A stretch of DNA of 63,782 bases, the filler included, from Collodictyon triciliatum (taxonomy: Eukaryota): NCBI GenBank assembly GCA_043381765.1. It is 8 parts of 8 records of this genome, joined end to end, with 100 filler letters (N's around TTAATTAATTAA, not from the genome) between each part and the next. Parts side by side here need not be neighbours in the genome. Positions count along the whole stretch, not along the records: positions 51,031 to 59,398 come from JBHJMP010003454.1; positions 59,499 to 63,782 come from JBHJMP010003514.1; 6 more parts are not named here. One strand, 5' to 3'. Shown here piece by piece: positions 51,355-63,782 of this stretch. Position 1 is the first letter of the stretch. Each line of letters starts with the position of its first letter. Made by a program: the position numbers and the translations under genes. The notes beneath the pieces were generated by a model. That model searched no databases. It was not told where the DNA came from and saw nothing but the letters and a program-made list of their open reading frames with translations.

Positions 51355-54152
51355 ATGTCAGAGAGGCCGATCTATCTGGACTATAATGCGACAACACCGC
51401 TACTTGGCGTGGGTTTATTTTTCTTCCATTTTCATTTTCCACTTCATTTCTTTTTCCATTTTCATTTCTTTCTTTTCTTTTTTCTTAATTTTTTCACTTT
51501 TCTTTTTTTCTTGATTTTTTTCATTTTTTTTCTTCATTTTTTTCTTCATTTTTTTCTTCATTTTTTTCACTTGGTTTGTCAACGTTTTTCACAGGAGGTT
51601 AAAAAAGCAATAACAGAGGCTTTGGAATGGTTCGGAAACGCCTCAAGTTCCCATGTTTACGGACGAGAAGCCAAGGCTGCCATCGATACTGCTCGTAAAA
51701 ACGTTTGTCAACAACCACCAATTAGTTAAAGAATTTTTTTTTCGATATTAATGAAAATGATAAATTCCTGAACTAAACCAATGTATGCCTCCTTTTGATT
51801 CCTTTGATCGTCAGCATGATGACTAGACAATCTCTTACTGAACTAGGTTGCTGATTTGCTCAACTGTTCCCCAGATGAGATTATATTCACCAGTGGAGGC
51901 TCAGAAAGCAACAACATGGCCATTAAGGTATAGGCAGAGCCTCTCGCGCATCATCTCTTGTCTATATGTATGTAAATAGTTATGTTCAGTATAACTACAT
52001 GAACATGCGACCGACTTTTGCTTCTCTTTGTTAAATGAAAGAGTGCTTTTTCTTTCCTTTTCAAAGGGTGCTGTATCACTAAGGAAAGGGAGAAAAACAC
52101 ACATAATTACATCATCTATCGAACACCCAGCCGTCAAGGAAGTATGTGAGTACCTGAGGTCAGAACATCACTCTAGATTTTATCATTTAGTTTCTTTTAT
52201 TTTCCAGCTTTACTTTCCAACTGGCATTCATCATCGTCCGTTCATTTCATTGAATGCTCTAGTGCCTGGATGATGTTACTAAAGCTTCCATAAACTCTAA
52301 CGCGGAAATAAATAGAGATGAATTTGAAACGAAAACGACATACCTGGATGTAGATTCATTTGGCTGTGTGGACATCCAGAATGTATCAAAGTGAATATTA
52401 TTACGAAAGGACTAAAACAATACAAAACTAAACTAAACTAAACTAAACTAAACTAAACTAAACTAAACTAAACTAAACTAAACTAAACTAAACTAAACAA
52501 TACAAACCATCATCTGCACTTGATTTTGAACATTCTTCCAATCCACTTATTTGCTTTATTTTACACAGACATATTTTTATCCTTATCACAGTACCCAATT
52601 TCTTCTGGCGTAGAGCAAAATATATAATACTTTGCATGCATAAATGACACGTAGGTCGATAACAGAAGACACCGCTCTTATCAGCATCATGCATTCAAAT
52701 AATGAAGGTACACCCGTAGTAGTATTGAAAGGCATCTAAACTAATCGCTATTCGATATGACATGAACATTATATCTTTTCCTCTTCATTTTCTGTCCCTA
52801 TGAAGTTGGAACTCTGCAACCCATCTCCGAAATATCCCACATCGCCCGTGAAAAAGATATTCTCTTCCACACCGACGCCTCCCAATCAATTGGAAAAGTG
52901 GAAGTCGATGTCCAGAAACTAGGAGTCGACTTGTTGACTATCGCAGGACACAAACTCTATGCACCAAAAGTGAGCCACTCTCTTTTTGGAGTACTCCATA
53001 TTTTGATAGTACATATATAAACAAAGAAATAATAATAATAAAAAAAAAAGAAGAGTATTTTAATATCATTTTTATTTCTATTCTTATTATAAAATTTAAA
53101 GCAAGGAAAAAACCTACCTTGCTCAATGAATACGTACTAGCGCCGCGGGTGTACTTGCATGTACGCACCTGACTCATTCTTACTCGCAGGGCATCGGAGT
53201 TCTGTACATACGAAAAGGCATTCACATTCCAAAATTTATTCATGGCGCCACCCACGAAACAAATCGACGGGCTGGAACAGAAAACATTCTTGGGATTGTC
53301 GGCCTCGGCGAAGCATGTCGCCTTGCTCGTTTGGAATTGCCAGACAGGTTGGTAAATGGATTGTTTTCCATTTTCTTGAATCAGTATAAATATATCTTCA
53401 GCCTCTAAAGCTATATTTTCGTGTCTGGGGTACTAAGAAAGAAGAACTCGGTAATATCCTCAGAAGTTAAGTCCAAGTAGTTAAGTTTCCAAATAACCCA
53501 AATATTTGTTTTCCGTCAGAATTAAGAAAGCCTCGCTTCAGACCGAAAGATTGTACTTGGGCCTCCAGCTTTCATTAGGTGTTGATAACATTCGTCTTAA
53601 TGGGCACCCAACTGCGAAGCTTCCCAACACCGCAAATATTTCATTCAGGTAGAATGTAATTCATAGATTTGAAACAGGCAGATAAGCGAGAAGAGGGAAA
53701 ACTCTTTTTTTCTTTTTTCCTTTTTTTTCCTTTTTTTCCCTTTTTTTCCCCTTTTTTTCCCTTTTTTTCCCTTTTTTTCCTTTTTTTTCCTTTTTTTTCC
53801 TTTTTTTCCTTTTTTTCCTTTTTTTCCTTTTTTTCCTTTTTTTCCTTTTTTCCCCTTTTTTTTTCTTGTTCTCTCTCGTCCATACACCGACAGATAAATA
53901 TCATGAAACATATTTGATTGTGCCCTATTTCCTTGAATACTCTTTCTGGTTGTAAGGAAGATGACACTTTCTGATACTTGAAACACACGCCATGCTTTAC
54001 TGCCAGAATTGCTTAAGAAAATTACCTTACATCTGCTAGGAATATCACGTCCCAAAAGTTGTTTGAGAAGCTCGAAGGCAAAGTTGCAGCCTCTGCCGGA
54101 GCGGCGTGTCATTCAAAAGGTTCAGCTCCGTCGTCAGTGCTTGTCCAACTTG
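51355..54152 (+). CDS. Class V PLP enzyme, selenocysteine lyase / NifS-like cysteine desulfurase; 3' end lost in the gap
   Basis: IYLDYNATTP, EIIFTSGGSESNN, IEHPAV, MHSNNEVGTLQPI, HTDASQSIGK, TIAGHKLYAPKGIG, RAGTEN and ASAGAACHS. Confidence 0.9.
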
Positions 54153-54893
54153 NNNNNNNNNNNNNNNNNNNNNNNNNNNNNNNNNNNNNNNNNNNNNNNN
54201 NNNNNNNNNNNNNNNNNNNNNNNNNNNNNNNNNNNNNNNNNNNNNNNNNNNNNNNNNNNNNNNNNNNNNNNNNNNNNNNNNNNNNNNNNNNNNNNNNNNN
54301 NNNNNNNNNNNNNNNNNNNNNNNNNNNNNNNNNNNNNNNNNNNNNNNNNNNNNNNNNNNNNNNNNNNNNNNNNNNNNNNNNNNNNNNNNNNNNNNNNNNN
54401 NNNNNNNNNNNNNNNNNNNNNNNNNNNNNNNNNNNNNNNNNNNNNNNNNNNNNNNNNNNNNNNNNNNNNNNNNNNNNNNNNNNNNNNNNNNNNNNNNNNN
54501 NNNNNNNNNNNNNNNNNNNNNNNNNNNNNNNNNNNNNNNNNNNNNNNNNNNNNNNNNNNNNNNNNNNNNNNNNNNNNNNNNNNNNNNNNNNNNNNNNNNN
54601 NNNNNNNNNNNNNNNNNNNNNNNNNNNNNNNNNNNNNNNNNNNNNNNNNNNNNNNNNNNNNNNNNNNNNNNNNNNNNNNNNNNNNNNNNNNNNNNNNNNT
54701 GTGTGTGTGTGTGTGCTTCTTTCTCTTTCTGTGTATTTTTCTTATTTCATCGTTTGTCTTGTTCGGTTGTTTTCTTTTTCTTCTTTTCTTCTGTTATTTT
54801 GTATTATTTTTTCATTTGTTATTTTCTTGTGTTGTTCTTTGGACCAAGTCACTCAAATCGGAGGCCTGCCTCACACGCTCTCCAAAGTGGGAA

Positions 54894-57800
54894 CTACACA
54901 TCACCATCACCATCAGAACCATCAGAGACCTCATGATTGCCTTCAAGCCCATCTGCTCCGACCACATTGTGACTGTTCTCTTGCTCATTTTCGTGTTCAT
55001 TTTCCTGCTCGTTTTCCTGCTCGTTTTCCTGCTCGTTTTCCTGCTCGTTTTCCTGCTCGTTTTCCTGCTCGTTTTCCTGCTCGTTTTCCTGCTCATCTTC
55101 TTGTGACTCCTCTTGGTTCTGAGAAGCAGCCTTCTGTGCCCACTCTGATGCTTTGTCGGTATCGGCCTCCACACCCCATCCATTCTGATAACATTCCGCC
55201 ACCAGAGACGCCAAGGATACTACATCTCTGTCGTACAGCTCTTCCAGTGCCTTGACAGTCTCAGCACCGCCGGCTTGTACCTTCTTTTTCAAGGCATCTA
55301 TGGCTCCCTCCTCTTGGTTGCAGATTCCAAGCACGTAGATACTGTCCAGGTCATCCAACGGAGCTTCGTTCAGCAAGTAGTAGTTGCCCAGAATCTTACC
55401 CAAAGCATCCTTGTTTCCTAACTTCAGCGCTCTGACCAGGATTCTTGTACCGAGACACAAGTCTTCCTGAACACCGGACCCGTCCATATGAATACATCCG
55501 AGTCGATAGCAAGCAGCTGGGTGGTCTTTATCAGCCGCCTGCTTATACCATTCCACGGATAGGTTTGCATTTGCGCTCACGTTGAGTCCAGTTTCTAAGC
55601 AGTACCCAAGGATGAACTGAGCGTGAGTGTTCCCTTCGCCAGCGAACTTTTCGATCAGGTTGAACGCAAATGCGTTCATTCCTCTAGCTGCTATCCCATA
55701 GTAATGGGTGGCCCTATCAATGTCTCTATCGACATACCATCCGTGCTCATAGCAGCGTCCTATCACCGAAACAGCTCTAGGTACTTGGCATTCCTCATTC
55801 TCGGGGACGTCACCGAATTTCTCGATTTCTTTGAATGCCATCCCCGAGCCCTGTTGTATCATGTTGCATATTCCTTCATAATCCTGAGAAACAAGGAAGC
55901 TCTTCACCTTCCAAGCCTCGGCCTTCACCAGGTCTTTCTCTGTACCCCATCCATACTCAAAGCACTTACTTACAACATATGCTTGGCACCTCGTGTGTGT
56001 TTGGTTTTCGCAGAATCGAATCATATCTGCATCACACGATACAGCTCCCATCCCAAACATAAATTGCTTATCCGAGGGGTTCATGTTCTTAACATCATCA
56101 ATCTGTATAGCACCCCCACCGATAACAGGAGCTCCAAAGTTGAACTCAACTGTGATTTTGACTGATGCTTGTTGTAATTCAGATAGTGTGCGTCTTACTC
56201 TAACGGATGATGAGATTTCCTGATCAATACATCCATCATGTTCAGGACTGACACTAGATGGTGTTGGTGTGTGCCCCTCTTTCGATCCAGCTTCGGACTG
56301 GAACTCTACTCGCCAGATGCGCTTGTAATTGTTCATTCCTGCAGAAACGATATAGTTTTCTTCATTCGGGCCTGCGACATGATTAAGTGATTTGATTGCA
56401 GAGGTTTTTTCTGCGACCTCCTCCACTTGTAATCTCGTTTTCAAATCCCATACTCGCATGGTGAAGTCTTCACTACCAGAAACGAGCAGCCGATTTCCAC
56501 CTTTACCCTCAACAAATACTAATTTGTTAACAAAACCTGTGTGACCCTCAAGCACCATGATTGTTTCAAAGCTTGTAAGGTCCCATACTCGAATAGTTTT
56601 ATCATCACCACCTGAAGCAAGCCAAGCCTCATCATTTGGTCCTTTGGCTATGCATAAACAGTTCACGTAATCATAATGTCCATTTAATGTCTTGACATGA
56701 GCTCCAGATATTGGGTCCCAAATGCAAATGGTTCTATCCTCACTGGAACTTGCCAGCCACAGCTCCTGGTTTGGACCTCGGATACTACAGACACATCGCA
56801 CATAGTCTGTATGCTCTTCCCATGAGTGTAAGATGGTACCCGTGAGCGTATCAGTCAGAATTACTTTTCTATCTCTGCCACACGAAGCTATCCAATTTTC
56901 ACCGTTGGGTCCTCTTACTGGGCAGATAGACGTGACATGTACGTCATGAACATTGAATTTTTTGATACTCTTCCCAGAAGATACATCCCACACATTAATC
57001 ATGTAATCATCGATTATAAATGCTATCCAATTCTCCCCATTCGGACCCGCGATAGAGCAAAGGCTCCGAATATCATCGTGATCAATTCGTATCTTTTGGA
57101 TGAGCATTTTGGTGGCTAGACTCCAAATATGTATATGCTTATCATTTCCTGTAGCTGCCACTATTATGCCGTTTTGCAAAGTCTCCAAAGTACATACACT
57201 AGTGACAGAGTCATACGGGCCTTGGGTGTTTGTTATATTGGAATGTGGACTTAAATCCCATATACGAATACTCTCATCCTCACTTCCTGATGCTAGATAC
57301 ATTTTTCCGTATTGCCCGATTGTAACAATAACGTCACGAACGTAATCTCTATGTCCCTCAAATACGCGAATACGGCGCCCTGTGGCATAGTCATACACCG
57401 TGACGGTCTTGCCCTTGCTTCCAGTGGCAAACCATTTTTCACCGTTTGGTCCATTGATAGCGCATATACTGAAGATTGCATCAGGGTTGCCATCAAATCG
57501 TTTCACAATACTGCCGCTTGATACTTCCCAAATGAGGGCTGAATTGTCCTCCCCTCCAGAGGCCAACCATGTTTCTCCGTCATAACCATCAAGAGTGCAT
57601 AAGGTATGGATGGTACCTGTGTGACCTTGCAGTAATTTGACAGTATTTCCGGTCTCAAAGTCCCATATTCTGATTACGGAATCATCACCTGCAGATGCCA
57701 ACCAATGCTCTCCTTGGAGTCCTTTAATCGCACAAAGACTTTTAAGTGAGTTCACGTGGCCCTCAAGAAGCCTAATCTGTACCCCACTGGTTGGGTTCCA

Positions 57801-59397
57801 TATACGTATGGTTTTGTCATCGCTCCCTGTCGCCAATAGAGTTTCTCCATCGACTGTAACCACACTGCACACACTCGTCACGTACCCCGAATGGCCTTCA
57901 ATCACCCGAAGTTTTTCGCCTGTCGAAATATCCCAAATAATTATAGTGCAATCCTCGCTGACAGAAACTAGTAATGTATCTCCATTTTCCCTTGACATAG
58001 TGCATATATCCCTAACATAATCAGTGTGACCCTCAAGCTTCTTGATGGCTCTCCCCAGCGCAATATCCCAAATAAAGATAGTTCTATCCTTGCCTCCAGA
58101 GGCAATCCATTGTTCTCCGTTTGGCCCTATAATATCACATAAGGAGAGAATGTAATTTGAGTGACCCTCTAGTTTTCCGTGACGTAAACCAAAATCTATA
58201 TTGAGTATATTAGCTTTGTTCAATATGACCCCTCCTAACAACGAGTTGCCAAAATTAACCCCTTCAAGGTCTGCACCAGTAAAGTCTGTGCCATCAACAA
58301 CCGAAAATCTCATATTTGCGTAGGGAATTCGGACATTTGATAGGTTCATGCCCTTGAATGAGATTTTCATAAAATTCAGAAGAGTGATTGCTTCAGATGC
58401 GGCTTTACTTTTGCTTTCATCAGTCCTTGAAGTGTAAACTATTCTAAACAAAGCATCCACTACATTATCGCGACTATATTCAAAGTCAGCAGGGCAATCT
58501 TGAATATTTTCCTTAATAAAGGACTCCAATCTGGAAAACTCAAATGCTTCTTTGCTCAATCCAATCTTACCGGAATGATACGCCAGTCTATCGTAAGCAT
58601 GGAGGGTTCTTTCGTGAATCCATCCAAGACCTTTCTCAAACCTTGCTTTCATCTCATCCCAGAAAGCTAACGCCTCTTTGTGCATATTTTGCTCGCTAAA
58701 GATAGAATCAATTTCTAGACAAATGACAGAGTCATTCCAACTGTCTTGCGCATTACTACCTGAGTTCAACTCTAGAATAACTTTAAAGAAAAGCACTGCG
58801 GAATCAAATGCCTTTCTCTCCTTCATGAAAAAAGCGATCTTGCAACATTGAGTATCATTCTTGAATGAAAAATTGGATTTTTGGGTTTTTCTGATCCTCA
58901 CGGCCTCCTGTAAATATGTCATAGTTTGTGCAAAACTATGGTTATCTTAATTTAGTAAGTTTTCATAAAAGCAATAATAATTATAATAATAATAATAATA
59001 ATACAAGTAAAGAGGTGTAGAAATTCAAATAGATTTGAATGGGTTTTTCCAAAGATTTAACTGATGGTTCTGATAAGTAAAACCTTTGGAGCTCAAAGTT
59101 TGCCCTTCCAACATTTTCGAGAGATTTTGCATAGTCTGGGTGCTCGCTTCCTATTGTTCTCTTTCTGATTTCTAACGTCTTTGTGTAGGAGTCCAAGGAA
59201 ACATTGAATCTACAAAGTCCAATATATACTAGGCTAGTCAAAATTTCATCCAATCGAAGTAAGCTTCTTTTTCTATCCACATGTGCATGAATTAAAAGAA
59301 TAAAAGCCAAATCCTACTCTTTGAGGTCGTGATTAATGTCTCCGATTTTTTCATACATCAGCACGACATTAGGGTGGTTTTCTCCCATTGTTTCGAT
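54894..59397 (-). CDS. TPR - pentapeptide repeat - WD40 (about 13-14 repeats) - Sel1-like repeat protein with an acidic tail; 5' end lost in the gap
   Basis: Kinesin-light-chain-type TPRs (GENHPNV, GSEHPDYAKSL), AASEAITLLNF..GTDFTGADLEGVNF, repeated GH..V..L...LASGxxDxTIRIWD, Sel1-like AQFILGYCLETGLNV..WYKQAAD, and an (EQEN)n tail. Confidence 0.85.
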
Positions 59398-59636
59398 GNN
59401 NNNNNNNNNNNNNNNNNNNNNNNNNNNNNNNNNNNNNNNNNNTTAATTAATTAANNNNNNNNNNNNNNNNNNNNNNNNNNNNNNNNNNNNNNNNNNNNTT
59501 TTATGTTTTTTTCTTTGTGTGGTGTTCTTTTTTTCCTCTTTCATTGTCCTTCCCCCTTCCCCCCCCCCCCCCCCCCCCCCACATCCACGTCTATTTCCCT
59601 ATGTCCGATAGATGATATCATTTTGTAATTGCTCAG

Positions 59637-62944
<3,308 letters not shown>

Positions 62945-63499
62945 TAGGCTCCTTCAGTACGGCACGGCAAATACAGACCGTCTATGAGCGACGTCCTTCC
63001 TCTTCCTCTTTTCATTCAACCTCTCCTCTCTCTTTTCTCTTGCTCCCACGCAGCCGTCTTCCAACAGGTCGGGTGCATTCCCTGTTTATTCTTTTTTCTC
63101 CTGCTGGTTCCTTCGAAACTGGGCGGTGGCGAACAATGTGATATTCTCGCGTGCTACGAGGCAAAACAAAGCAAAACAAAACGAAAGCCATAAAAGCAAA
63201 ACAAAGCAAAGCAGAACAAAACGAAAGCAATAAAATAAATCCAAAACAAAGCAAAGCAAAACAAAACGAAAGCAATAAAATAAATCCAAAACAAAGCAAA
63301 GCAAAACAAAACGAAAGCAATAAAATAAATCCGAAACAAATAAAACAAAGCAAAACAAAGCAAAACAAAGCAAAACAAGGCAAAGCAAAACTAAACAAAA
63401 GAAAACAAAATCTAGAGGAAAGTCAAAGCAATAACAGACTGCACTCCCCTCTGACGTACTTACATGAATCATAAACAATTCAACATCCAGCTAAAAGCC

Positions 63500-63782
63500 A
63501 TGGAAAGCTATGACCCAGAGTACACCAACCGCGAAGATGACGAGGAGTGGGTTATCGAGGACGACAACGAGATCGAGGCTTCTGTAGATGATCCCTTTGG
63601 ACAAGAAGAACAAGAGCAAGAAGAACAAGAAGAACAAGAAGAACAAGAAGAACAAGAAGAACAAGAAGAACAAGAAGAACAAGAAGAACAAGAAGAACAA
63701 GAAGAACAAGAAGAACAAGAAGAACAAGAAGAACAAGAAGAACAAGAAGAACAAGAAGAACAAGAAGAACAAGAAGAACAAG
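63500..63782 (+). CDS. Start of an acidic protein with a (QEE)n repeat; runs off the window
   Basis: MESYDPEYTNREDDEEWVIEDDNEIEASVDDPFG followed by (CAAGAAGAA)n in frame. Confidence 0.5.
   Translation, partial: MESYDPEYTNREDDEEWVIEDDNEIEASVDDPFGQEEQEQEEQEEQEEQEEQEEQEEQEEQEEQEEQEEQEEQEEQEEQEEQEEQEEQEEQEEQ

Noticed and set aside
55623-58020. Plus-strand ORFs opposite the WD40 gene (likewise opposite the LRR-channel gene)
   Set aside because: Antisense shadows of long real CDSs.
63150-63420. Imperfect ~45-bp tandem units that could suggest a CRISPR-like array
   Set aside because: A degenerate (CAAAA/GCAAA)n minisatellite with no unique spacers, in a eukaryotic context with no cas genes.

Overview
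AT-rich, intron-rich eukaryotic (protist-like) draft scaffold using the standard code, with many intronic microsatellites and seven artificial N/TTAATTAATTAA/N contig joins, so adjacency across the joins is unreliable. Supported genes: a COG2907-type FAD oxidoreductase, RABL3, a PcnB-type poly(A) polymerase, a VIT-VWA protein, an O-fucosyltransferase, a coiled-coil protein, a long-chain fatty alcohol oxidase, a ~2,200-aa LRR + polycystin-2-type channel + SPRY fusion, MOK kinase, a selenocysteine lyase/NifS-like enzyme, a TPR-pentapeptide-WD40-Sel1 protein and IQCA1/DRC11. About 34.3-47.9 kb is a gene-poor retroelement and pseudogene graveyard. It holds a full-length tRNA-type SINE with a 19-bp target-site duplication, a truncated SINE copy, a shared AGTTGAAAATT insertion target, a degenerate R4/Dong-like RLE LINE, RT remnants and a TRIM-NHL pseudogene. 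The most notable observations are the LRR-TRPP-SPRY receptor-channel architecture, an AT-AC (U12) intron in IQCA1, and the apparently target-specific SINE with a candidate RLE LINE partner. All family assignments come from motif recognition by eye; no database searches were run.
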